Source: an uncultured Verrucomicrobiae bacterium (GTDB lineage Bacteria > Verrucomicrobiota > Verrucomicrobiia > Limisphaerales > Palsa-1400). From it: DNA of 64,000 nt. The notes under the pieces are model-generated. The model worked only from the letters and a program-made list of their open reading frames with translations. It did no database searches and was not told where the DNA came from. This document shows positions 18,609 to 28,532 of this stretch, in pieces. The stretch spans positions 3,232,001-3,296,000 of the forward strand of contig OY969763.1 in the NCBI GenBank assembly GCA_963702845.1. Direction: 5' to 3'. The position numbers were made by a program, and so were the translations under genes. Position 1 is the stretch's first letter; every line of letters starts with the position of its first letter.

Positions 18609-21600
18609 ATGCACAATTGTCTCCGCAGTCGAACTGCCTTTGCATCTATCTTGTTATTGGCCTGGTGTGCTCTCGGGTCAAATTTACGCGGCGATTGCCC
18701 TTATATTGCGCTCACGCCATCCATTTTGGCGGATCAAACCAACGGCGTTCCGGTAGACATCACGTTTTCGGCCAGCAGTCCGACGTCTCAGCTTACGACG
18801 AGTCTGTCGGCAGCCCATTACCAGCATCAGGCCACGCTGCTTAATGATGGTAGAGTCCTGGTCGTTGGTGGCTTGGACGAGAACGCTAACGTCACCGCTG
18901 ATGCTGAGATTTATGATCCGACGACGGCGCTCTGGTCGACCGTGCCCCTGAGCCCCGCTGCTTATGAAAATGTGCAGGCGCTGCTGCCAAACGGGAAAGT
19001 GCTGGTGGCGGGCGGATACGATAACGATTTTAATGATGTATTAAGCGCTTATCTTTTCGACCCGACAAATAATACATGGTCCACGACAACGCCTCTGCCA
19101 TCAGGGCATCTTGGACCAGCTATAGTTCTGAAGGATGGGAGGGTCCTGGCCGTCGGAAATGATACGCTGCTCTACGATCCGGTTGCGCAAACCTGGACAC
19201 CATCGGGCTCACTCAATGAGCCGCGAGAAGATTTCACTTTCACCGCGACCTTGCTGGCTGATGGCAGGGTACTCGTCGTAGGCGGCCAAGGTGACATAGA
19301 CAATGTTTACGACTCCGAGATATACGATCCCTCCACTGGCACATGGATGGTGAGTGGCACGACCCACTACGGTTTTTACGATGCGACTGCGACGCTCTTG
19401 CCGAACGGTAAGGTGCTCGCTATCGGCGGCCTCAGCGACGCACCTCAAGCTGAAGTGTATGATCCGGCGACCGGACAATGGACCGTAGTGTCCGCTCCTG
19501 CGACAACCCGCTACGGTCATACGGCGACACTTTTATCGAATGGCCGAGTTATGATCCAGGGCGGAGTTAGTCGCGACGGCGAACTCCTCCAAACTGCCGA
19601 ACTATACGATTATGCGACGGACACCTGGTCGACGGCGGTACCAATGCAGGCGCATCACTTGGTAGGAAGCGCCACGTTACTTGGCGACGGCACAGTCCTT
19701 GTTGTCGGCGGCAGAGCGGATGACGATTATGTCGGCACGACGGCCGCCGAGATTTTCCATCCGAATATTCCGGTAACGGGAGCGACGTTCGCCGTGACGA
19801 GCGGAACATTGCCGAGCGGTTTGTCACTTGCGGCGAACGGTTTGCTAACGGGCACGCCAAATGAGTCCGGGACCAGCGCCTTTACGATCGCCGCAACAGA
19901 TACGAATGGGTGCATGGGTTCTCAGGATTATTCGGTTTCCATGACATGCTCGACGATTACGCTGACTCCCGCCTCACTTCCTGATGGACAGGCTGGGACT
20001 GTTTACCATCAGTCAATGTTAGGTTTCGGTGGAACGGCTCCTTACTCTTTTGCAGTGACGAGCGGCTCGCTGCCAAATGGCCTAAGCCTCGACTCCGGCA
20101 CAGGGGCCGTTTCCGGCACTCCAACTGCGACGGGCAGCGACACATTCACAATCACAGCGACGGATACCAACGGCTGTACCGGGAGCAGCAATTACACAGT
20201 CAATGTGGTTTGTCCGACCATTACGCTCGGAGGCTTGCCAAATCTCTTTACGACCCTGCACAGCTTCACGGCACTACGAGGTCTTGTGGGCACGAACAGC
20301 GACGGAGAGTATCCGAACGGATTGATTTTATCGGGCAACACCCTGTATGGGACGGCGCGAGTAGGCGGCAGTTCGGACAATGGCACGGTGTTCGCCGTCA
20401 ACACCGATGGCACGGGTTTTACGACCCTGCACAGTTTCACTGGCGGCAGCGACGGAGCTTTTCTGGTAACCGGCTTGATTTTATCGGGCAACACATTGTA
20501 TGGGACGACAGGGGATGGCGGCAGTTCGGGCGCTGGAACGGTGTTCGCCGTCAACACCGATGGCACGGGTTTTACGACCCTGCACAGCTTCACGGCACTA
20601 GGAGTTTTTACGGACACGAACAGCGACGGAGCTTATCCGAAGCGGCTTGATTTTATCGGGCAACACCCTGTATGGGACGGCGAACGTTGGCGGCAGTTCG
20701 GGCGGTGGCACGGTGTTCGCCGTCAACACCGATGGCACGGGTTTTACGACACTTCATAGTTTCACTCGCGGCAGCGACGGAGCTTATCCGAAGCGGCTTG
20801 ATTTTATCGGGCAACACCCTGTATGGGACGGCACCGCAGGGCGGCAGTTCCGACCAGTGGCACGGTGTTCGCCGTCAACACCGATGGCACCGGTTTTACG
20901 ACCCTGCACAGTTTCACAGGCACCATTAGGTCCGTTACTGGATTTGATACCAACAGCGACGGAGCTGGTCCGCAAGGCGGCTTGATTTTATCGGGCAACA
21001 CCCTGTATGGGACGGCGACCGTAGGCGGCAGTTCGGGCGCTGGAACGGTGTTCGCCGTCAACACCGATGGCACGGGTTTTACGACCCTGCATAGTTTCAC
21101 TGCAGCGACGGAGCTTATCCGACGTGCCGGCTTGATTTTATCGGGCAACACCCTGTATGGGACGGCGAACGGTGGCGACAGTTCGGGCGGTGGCACGGTG
21201 TTCGCCGTCAACACCGATGGCACGGGTTTTACGACCCTGCACAATTTCACTTTCGGCAGTGACGGAGAGTAATCCGAATGCCGGCTTGATTTTATCGGGC
21301 AACACCCTGTACGGGACGGCGACCGGAGGCGGCAGTTCGGGCGGTGGCACGGTGTTCAGTTTGGGTCCGAATTGCAATCTTGGAGTCAGCTACAACACAA
21401 TGATTGCGGCCAGTGGTGGCGTGCCGCCTTACGCCTATGCCATGACCAGCGGTTCATTGCCGAGCGGCTTGTCCCTAGGCACGAATGGTTCTCTGACCGG
21501 CATCCCGCTTGCCGTGGGCACGAGCACGTTCACTGTAACGGCAACGGAAACGAACGGCTGCACCGGCAGCACCGATTACACCGTGGCCGTTTTGCCCAGC

Positions 21601-22959
21601 GGCTCGCTCCTGGATACAACCAAGCCGACAATTAGTATCACTTCGCCCGCGAACAAAGGCGCATTCAGCTCGCCCTTGATCCAAATCTTGGGATCGGCGC
21701 ACGATTCACTGGGAACGGTAAAAAGCGGAGTTGTGCTGGTACGGTATTCGTTGAATGGCGGATCACAACAACTGGCGGGAACAATAAACAAATTCACCAA
21801 TTGGATGGAGAGCGTCACTTTGCAGCCAGGTTGGAACTCGTTTGTCGCGCAGGCACTGGACTTCCGCGGCAATGGGTCGCTCCTGGCCAGCAACATTTAT
21901 TTCTATGGCGCGACGGCAAATGCAGTCGGTAAATACAACGGTTTATTCTATGAAACCAATGGGTCTGGTGCGCCAGTCATCACCGAGCTAAGCGCGGGTG
22001 CTGTTCTGAACGTGAACGTCACAATCAGTCGCACCTATAGCGGCAGAATTTATCTGGCTGGGACGAATTATGCATTGGCAGGAAGTTTTGATCTCGCCGG
22101 AAACAGCGCCGCGACCGTCAGCCGGGCGCATTCAGGCAAGCCGGATTTGGCCGTGAACCTGCACGTTGATTGGACCGGCGCGACCAAGCAGATGACGGGG
22201 ACCGTTTCATGCCTGGCCGAAGGATGGTCCTCATCCTTGCTCGCCGATCTCGCCGTTTATAGCAGGGCGAATCCGTATCCTTCACCGGCTCGTTACACCA
22301 TGGCCATTCCACCTGCGACCAACGCGCCGACGGATTCACCCGGCGGCTACGGTTATGGGCTGGTTACGAATACGCCAGCTGGAATGATCTCGCTGACGGG
22401 CGCACTGGCGGATTCCACGCCGCTTTTGCAATCGGTGCCGATTGCACAGGGCGGTCGTTGGCCGTTGTATGTGAATTTATATAAAGGTCAGGGATTGCTG
22501 GAAGGTTGGCTGGATTTTAGCAGCGGTGTGCCTGCTGGTGAGGTGACTTGGATTAAACCAGCAAATCCTGCTGGAGTAAAACTGACGACTTACTTGGGCG
22601 GTTTCACCAACATGGTGACTGTCTTTGGATCTGTCTACGCACCAGTTGCACCTGCGATTACACCTGCCCACGGCCTGTTAGAGATTACTGATGGCTCGGG
22701 ATTGAGTTTGCCGCTCACGATCAATGCCGAGGTCAATAATAATAACACGATCGTATCATTGCCGGGCGCGACGAACACGTTGACCGGTTCGATTGCAGCC
22801 CCGACCGGATTGCTCAAGGTTAGTTTTCACCGGGTCGGCAAGGCTACAAAAAACGCCGTAGGTGTGGTGTTGCAGAGCAGTAATGCTGCATACGGGGCGT
22901 TTATCGGCAACAACGATGGAACGGGTAAGACCAACACGGGGGCAATTTATCTGCATTGA
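18609..22959 (+). pseudogene. Secreted Kelch-repeat, putative-Ig, GloVer tandem-repeat protein with a GxYNGLF-type C-terminal domain; frameshifted in the repeat tract (~1450 aa if restored)
   Basis: Signal peptide, Kelch repeats (ATLLxxGxVLVVGG), He_PIG-like Ig (SGSLPSGLSL...GTPT) and seven GLILSGNTLYGT...GTVFAVNTDGTGFTTLHSF repeats spread over ORFs 18609-20759, 20647-20985, 20672-20929, 20823-21272 and 21157-22959. May be an assembly artefact. Confidence 0.8.
20247..21360 (+). repeat. Seven ~150-185-nt intragenic GloVer-type tandem repeats
   Basis: Near-invariant blocks ttgattttatcgggcaacaccctgtatgggacg and acggtgttcgccgtcaacaccgatggcacgggttttacgaccctgca, separated by variable codons and linkers. 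Confidence 0.9.
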
Positions 22960-23002
22960 GACACAACTTGGGAGCGGAAGTGGCTGCCAAAAATAACCAT
23001 AT

Positions 23003-23495
23003 CCTTCACGAGTTAAGTCTAGCCCCGGGCGAGTAGTGACAGAATTGTGGGTGAATCCGCGGAAATTGTGCAGCTACGTCTTGAAATTTTTTCTGAAATA
23101 TCCGAATCTCTTCCTGTCAACCGAACCCTGCGGTGCAGGGTTCGGTTGACCGGCCAACTCATTCCGGTGGAATGCAGCGCCACCGCCATTCGGGCCTTTC
23201 TCGGTGAGAGAGGGTTTATGCGATGCGTGAAAACGCGCCGCTCATATAACTCTTGAGCGTATAAAAAAATTCTGTGGCTGTTCGGAGCGAGGATTTTTGG
23301 AATTTGGCGAGGCTTTGACGAAGGATCATACCCGCAGCGGTCTGTGACTGAGTCGAAACGAAGCCAAAACTCAAAAAGACCGCTCTCCCCTCTGTTCAGC
23401 CGAATGGACACAGCATTTTTTTATACGCTCTGAAACTCAAAGAACCCTAAGAATCCGTCAGTGAACGGTTGACATTCGCCGACACAACATTCCGG
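23003..23495 (+). repeat. Dispersed element, modules B and A in tandem, interrupted by a MITE
   Basis: Module B matches 18293-18436. Perfect 16-bp stem gtcaaccgaaccctgc-ggt-gcagggttcggttgac at 23116-23150. Module A matches 433-578 and 28360-28502. Confidence 0.9.
23255..23430. mobile_element. 176-bp MITE with 22-bp TIRs
   Basis: gagcgtataaaaaaattctgtg (23255-23276) and cacagcatttttttatacgctc (23409-23430), 21/22 complementary. Absent from the other A copies. Flanks are TT/TG, so there is no intact TSD. Confidence 0.88.
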
Positions 23496-23880
23496 TTTGG
23501 CACTTGCAGATATTTCGTCGCGATTGCTCTTGTCATAGAAAATGTCAAACATAAGATTCATTCATCCTAACTCTACTGCACATCGGAGCGGACTTGTATG
23601 CGTTCAACGCATCGGCACGGTAATAGGCATAGACAAAAGAATTAATCAATCGGAAGACATGGACGGGAATCAAATCCTTGGCCCTTCACATTATGAAAAC
23701 CATCACACTCCTCGCTTTAACGTTTCTGAGCGTCTGCTGTATTAACGCTTCCAGAACCATCTTCGCGGGCCGGGGTAACTATGGAAGCACCGGCAGCGCG
23801 GCGCGGTTCTAATTACCCGAGAACGTTACCACTGCCTCTACCGGACAATCCTCACCGTCGATATTCCTCCAAAAAAAGCT

Positions 23881-26800
23881 ATGAAAATCCAATCCATGTC
23901 TTCCTGTAAAATGTTCTTGGCCATACTGGCTCTAGCCATGCTCATCGGGATGCCGATGGCCGCCCGGGCGACCGTCACCATCAGCACCCAGCCGGTCAGC
24001 CTGGCGCTGACCCTCGGGGACCAGGCCGTCTTCAACGTCACCGCCTCCGGCGCCGGGACGCTTGCCTACCAGTGGAAAAAGAACGGGAACTCCATCGGCG
24101 GCGCCACCCTCGCGTATCTTCTGATCAACCCCGTGGCCTTCAGCGATGCGGGAAATTACACCGTGGACGTGACCGACACCGGCGGCACCGTGACCAGTAG
24201 CGCGGCTGGGCTGGGGGTCAATTCACCCAAGAGCGGCAGTCTGGATTTCTCCTTTGCCGGCGGCTCTGTTGTGGACGGCACGATCCAATCCGTGGCGGTG
24301 CAGAGCGATGGCAAGGTGCTCATCGGGGGAGGGTTCAGCACCGTCAACGGGACGTCGCGCAACTTCATCGCGCGTCTGAACAGTGACGGCACGTTGGACA
24401 CCGGATTTGGCAACGGCCTGGCCGGGGCCGACAGCACGGTCAATTCCGTGGCGGTGCAGAGCGATGGCAAGGTGCTCATCGGGGGAGCTTTCACCACCGT
24501 CAACGGGACGGCGCGCAACGGTATCGCGCGTTTGAACAGCGACGGCACGTTGGACACCGGATTTGGCAACGGCCTGGCCGGGGCCATCGCGGTCGTATCC
24601 GTGGCGGTGCAGAGCGATGGCAAGGTGCTCATCGGGGGAGGGTTCACCACCGTCAACGGGACGGCGCGCGGCAGTATCGCGCGTCTGAACAGCGACGGCA
24701 CTTTGGACACCACCTTTGGCAACGGCTTGGTCGGGGCCAACAACACGGTCAGATCCGTGGCGGTGCAGAGTGATGGCAAGGTGCTCATCGGAGGAGATTT
24801 CACCCTGGTCAACGGGACGGCGAGCGGGAGAATAGCGCGTCTGAACAGCGACGGCACTTTGGACACCACCTTTGGCAACGGCCTGGCCGGGGCCAACAAC
24901 ATGGTCTTTTCCGTGGCGGTGCAGAGTGATGGCAAGGTGCTCATCGGGGGAATTTTCCTCACCGTCAACGGGACGGTGCGAGCATACCTCGCCCGCCTCT
25001 ATAATGACTCCAGCGCAGATGCGGACCTCTCCGCTTTGACCCTTGGCTCGGGCTCGTTGTCGCCCACCTTTGCCTCGGGCACCATCACCTATTCCAACGC
25101 CATCGCTCTCAGCGCGAACAGCTTGACAGTCACACCCACCAGCAGCGCTGCAAGTGCCGTCATCCGCGTCCGCGTTAACGGAGGTGGCTACGCGACCGTG
25201 GCCTCGGCTACACCGAGCAGTGCCCTGCCGCTCAACGTCGGCCCCAACATCATCGAAGTGCAAGTCACTTCCGCTGGTTCCACTGTAGTCAAAACCTACA
25301 GCGTCACCGTGAATGCCGTTGATACTAACGCCCCGGTCATCACCCTCAGCGGCAACGCCTCAGTCACAGCGGAATGCCACACCTCCTATATCGATCTTGG
25401 CGCAACGGCTACCGACGACTTTGCCGGCAGTGTAGCCGTGACACCCGGCGGGAGCGTCGATATCAACAGCGTGGGCGACTATACTCTCAGCTATGTCGCT
25501 ACCGACCCAAGCGGCAATTCCGCCACCAACACCCGCGCCGTGCATGTGGTAGACACGACCGCGCCAAACATAACCGTCACCGGCAACGATCCGCTGATTG
25601 TCGAATGCCACGGCACGTTCTCCGATCCCGGTGCCACCGCGTCTGACACCTGCGCGGGCAACTTGACCGGCAGCATCAGCACCAGCGGTTCCGTCAATGC
25701 CAACGCGGTCGGTTCTTATACACTGACCTACAGCGTGTCGGATGGTTTCAACAGCACCTCTGCCACTCGCATTGTGACTGTGGGCGACTCGATTGCTCCG
25801 AGCGTTACCCTGAACGGTGCACCTGATGTCACCGTGGAATGTCATGGCGTCTACACCGAACTCGGTGCGACGGCCAGCGATTCCTGCGACGCCAGCGTTA
25901 CAACGGCCACCATCACCGGTGGATCGGTCAATGCGAACCTCGCTGGTGATTACACCTTGACCTATTCTGCGACCGATTCCGCGGGCAACAACAGCAGCTC
26001 GACCCGCGTGGTGACGGTGAGTGACGCTACGCCGCCGACGGTGGTGGCAAACGCGACCAATGTCATCGTTGAATGTCACGGGACGTTTACCGACGCCGGT
26101 GCAACGGTGGGAGATACCTGCGATTCTAATCCAGTGGTCGTAACCAATAACCCGGTCAACGACGATACAGTCGGTGTCTACACGGTCACTTACACCGCCA
26201 CCGACGCGGGCGGCAACAGCGCTTCGGCCACGACGCTAGTCACCGTCAGCGACACCCAGGCGCCAATCATTAGTGTTCTTCCTGGGGCCGTGACCACCGA
26301 ATGTCACGGCAGCTACACTGATCCCGGAGCGACGGCAAACGACGCATGCGAAGGCTCGGTCTCGGTCAATACCAGTGGCACGGTGGATGTGAATACGGTG
26401 GGTGATTACACCCTGACCTACAGCGCGACGGACAGCGCCAGCAACGCCTCAATCTCCTATCGCACTGTAACAGTCGCCGATACAACGGCTCCCCTTGTTA
26501 CCCTGAATGGTGGCGATTCTACCATTTGCCAGCTCAGTTCTTACTCGGAAGCCGGCGCGACGGCGAACGACAGTTGCGAAGGCAACCTAAGCGTGACGGT
26601 GACGGGTTCAGTCGATCCGGGCACCGTTGGTGCCTACACCTTGACCTACACCGCAACGGATTCGAGCAACAACTCAGGTTCACAAATCCGCGTCGTGAAC
26701 GTCATCGCTTGCACGCCGGTCATCAGCGTCCAACCGCAATCACAAAACCTCATCGCCAGCCAGACCCTGACCTTGAGTGTCACTGCTTCAGGCACGGGCA

Positions 26801-28095
26801 TCACCTATCAATGGAAGAAAGACGGTTCACCGATTGCCAACGCCACCGATTCGTCCTATTCCAAGGTGAACATCACCACGTCTGATGCTGGCTTTTACAG
26901 CGTCGATGTCACCGTCGGCGGTACCACTCCCAGCGATCCGGCGATGATCACCGTCAGCAATCTCGGCATCATCACTCAACCGCTCTCACAAAACGGCGTG
27001 GTCGGCACTACCAACACTTTCACGGTCGTTGCCGCAGGGACGCCGACGCTTCGCTATCAATGGCTGAAAAACGGCGTGAAGATTCCCAAAGCCACAAATT
27101 CCACGTGTGCCATCAAGGTCGCTGCGACCAGCGGAGCAATTTATTCGTGTGTGGTCAGCAATGGACCGGTTTCAACGGTGACCAGTTCTGGCGCCGCTCT
27201 CGCCATTTATGCGAAGACCACCATCACCAACCCGGCGAACAACAAGAACAAGACGCCAGGCAACAACGTGACCTTCAAAGCCGTTGGCCACGGGACCGGC
27301 ACGCTCAGCTACCAATGGGAATTCAATCCAGGCACGGGATTCGCAGGTCTGTCCGACAGCGCCCGCATCATCGGCTCCACTTCAAGTAACCTGACGATCA
27401 TCAACATTCAGTCAGGGGATATCGGAACCTACCGTTGCACTGCGGCTAATGTCGCCTCTTCCGCCACGTCGGACGGTATCGCGCATGGTATCTTGAGCGA
27501 GATTCCAGACGCCACCGCACCGGTCGTGACGATCCTGGCCCCGCTGAACAAGGCCAAAATGACTAATGGATTGGCTGTGACCGGCCAGACGAACGTCGCG
27601 CCCGAGGTTGATATCTCCGGCAAAGCGGTTGACAACGGATTGATCACCGACGTCACCCTGACACGAACAGTGCCGTTGAGTGCTGGCACGGCTGCCGTCA
27701 TGACTCACTCGAAACCCGGCAAAGTCACCTGGACCAACCATGTGACACTGGTGGATGGCACCAACACCTTTGTCGCCATGGCGACCGACTCAGCCGGCCT
27801 CATCGGGACCAGTGTCGCCCGGACCTACTACTTGCTCACACCGGCGACTCTTGCCGTCAACATCACCGGCAACGCCGGCAAGAGCAAAGTAGTTGGAAAA
27901 GCCTCAGCCTTTGGCACCCCGACCAACGGTGTGTCGTTGGACATCGGCATCGGCTACACGATCACAGCACAGCCGGCGGCGGGCAAAGTGTTCCTCAACT
28001 GGACCGACGCCTTCGACAATATTCTCACGACGAGCAAGACAAACAACTTCATCATGAGCAGTGGTTTGATGTTGAAAGCGAACTTCGCTCCGTAA
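23881..28095 (+). CDS. Secreted Ig-domain protein with delta-60 repeats, a cadherin-like beta-sandwich and DUF5011-like repeats
   Basis: Signal peptide; Ig (YQWKKNG...DAGNYTV); SVAVQSDGKVLIGGxF...IARLNSDGTLD repeats; LSPTFASGTITY domain; ECH...DPGATAxD.C...GxYTLTY repeats. Confidence 0.9.
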   Translation: MKIQSMSSCKMFLAILALAMLIGMPMAARATVTISTQPVSLALTLGDQAVFNVTASGAGTLAYQWKKNGNSIGGATLAYLLINPVAFSDAGNYTVDVTDTGGTVTSSAAGLGVNSPKSGSLDFSFAGGSVVDGTIQSVAVQSDGKVLIGGGFSTVNGTSRNFIARLNSDGTLDTGFGNGLAGADSTVNSVAVQSDGKVLIGGAFTTVNGTARNGIARLNSDGTLDTGFGNGLAGAIAVVSVAVQSDGKVLIGGGFTTVNGTARGSIARLNSDGTLDTTFGNGLVGANNTVRSVAVQSDGKVLIGGDFTLVNGTASGRIARLNSDGTLDTTFGNGLAGANNMVFSVAVQSDGKVLIGGIFLTVNGTVRAYLARLYNDSSADADLSALTLGSGSLSPTFASGTITYSNAIALSANSLTVTPTSSAASAVIRVRVNGGGYATVASATPSSALPLNVGPNIIEVQVTSAGSTVVKTYSVTVNAVDTNAPVITLSGNASVTAECHTSYIDLGATATDDFAGSVAVTPGGSVDINSVGDYTLSYVATDPSGNSATNTRAVHVVDTTAPNITVTGNDPLIVECHGTFSDPGATASDTCAGNLTGSISTSGSVNANAVGSYTLTYSVSDGFNSTSATRIVTVGDSIAPSVTLNGAPDVTVECHGVYTELGATASDSCDASVTTATITGGSVNANLAGDYTLTYSATDSAGNNSSSTRVVTVSDATPPTVVANATNVIVECHGTFTDAGATVGDTCDSNPVVVTNNPVNDDTVGVYTVTYTATDAGGNSASATTLVTVSDTQAPIISVLPGAVTTECHGSYTDPGATANDACEGSVSVNTSGTVDVNTVGDYTLTYSATDSASNASISYRTVTVADTTAPLVTLNGGDSTICQLSSYSEAGATANDSCEGNLSVTVTGSVDPGTVGAYTLTYTATDSSNNSGSQIRVVNVIACTPVISVQPQSQNLIASQTLTLSVTASGTGITYQWKKDGSPIANATDSSYSKVNITTSDAGFYSVDVTVGGTTPSDPAMITVSNLGIITQPLSQNGVVGTTNTFTVVAAGTPTLRYQWLKNGVKIPKATNSTCAIKVAATSGAIYSCVVSNGPVSTVTSSGAALAIYAKTTITNPANNKNKTPGNNVTFKAVGHGTGTLSYQWEFNPGTGFAGLSDSARIIGSTSSNLTIINIQSGDIGTYRCTAANVASSATSDGIAHGILSEIPDATAPVVTILAPLNKAKMTNGLAVTGQTNVAPEVDISGKAVDNGLITDVTLTRTVPLSAGTAAVMTHSKPGKVTWTNHVTLVDGTNTFVAMATDSAGLIGTSVARTYYLLTPATLAVNITGNAGKSKVVGKASAFGTPTNGVSLDIGIGYTITAQPAAGKVFLNWTDAFDNILTTSKTNNFIMSSGLMLKANFAP
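24289..25000 (+). repeat. Five intragenic delta-60-type repeats, 153-156-nt period
   Basis: tccgtggcggtgcagag(c/t)gatggcaaggtgctcatcgg starts at 24289, 24445, 24598, 24754 and 24910. Confidence 0.9.
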
Positions 28096-28115
28096 GCAGG
28101 CGGAAGAATATTTAA

Positions 28116-28149
28116 AGCGCCCTCGATGCAAATCGGGGGCGCTCTTTTT
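28116..28149 (+). terminator. Intrinsic terminator
   Basis: agcgccctcgat-gcaa-atcgggggcgct followed by ctttttg, 20 nt after the stop at 28095. Confidence 0.8.
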
Positions 28150-28226
28150 GTTGGTAACCCCATGTGCAGTGCCAAGGTGCAAGCAGTAGTAACGACCTGC
28201 TCGGAATTACTTCGACTTCTTACGAC

Positions 28227-28502
28227 CGAATACGCCGCAATTCTCAAACATTTTCTTGCATTGTTTTTTAAGATTTATTAAATATTTTCCTGTCAATCAA
28301 CCCTGCGGTGCAGGGTTTGTGCGACCGGCCAACTCATTCCGGTGGAATGCAGCGCCCCCGCCACTCGGGCCTTTCTCGGTGAGAGAGGGTTTAAGCGAAT
28401 GCGTGAAAACGCGTCCGCCATATAACTCTAGAACTCTAAAACTCAAAGAATCCTAAGAATCCGTCAACGAACTGTTGTCGTTCGCTGACACCAACGTGCC
28501 GG
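28227..28502 (+). repeat. Dispersed element, modules B and A without a MITE, 30 nt upstream of the HTH gene
   Basis: cgaatacgc...TTGCAT...cctgtcaatcaaccctgcggtgcagggtt...cattccggtggaatg...cctttctcggtgagagagg...gcgtgaaaacgc...ctcaaagaatcctaagaatccgtca...gtgccgg. Confidence 0.9.
28292..28502 (+). ncRNA. Candidate structured RNA or 5' leader (~210 nt), family unknown
   Basis: Five consecutive hairpins: three with c-GGT-g loops and one with a GAAA tetraloop. Several stem mismatches are G-U pairs on the + strand. A promoter-like sequence lies upstream. Transcription has not been shown. Confidence 0.4.
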
Positions 28503-28532
28503 CGTTTGTACCGGCTTTGAAAGATTGCAGCT

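Noticed and set aside
18025..18844. Short ORFs over repeats and MITEs (also 8053-8297, 16994-17357, 23019-23411, 28256-28456)
   Set aside because: They overlap non-coding repeats whose copies differ by frame-breaking indels; similarity between these ORFs just reflects the DNA repeat.
20247..21360. CRISPR array or DGR template/variable repeat
   Set aside because: Units are 150-185-nt protein-coding repeats, differences are not adenine-specific, and there is no cas or reverse transcriptase gene in the window.
23205..23254. Group II intron domain V
   Set aside because: A GAAA-capped hairpin is present, but it lacks the AGC/CGC catalytic triad and the 2-nt bulge geometry.
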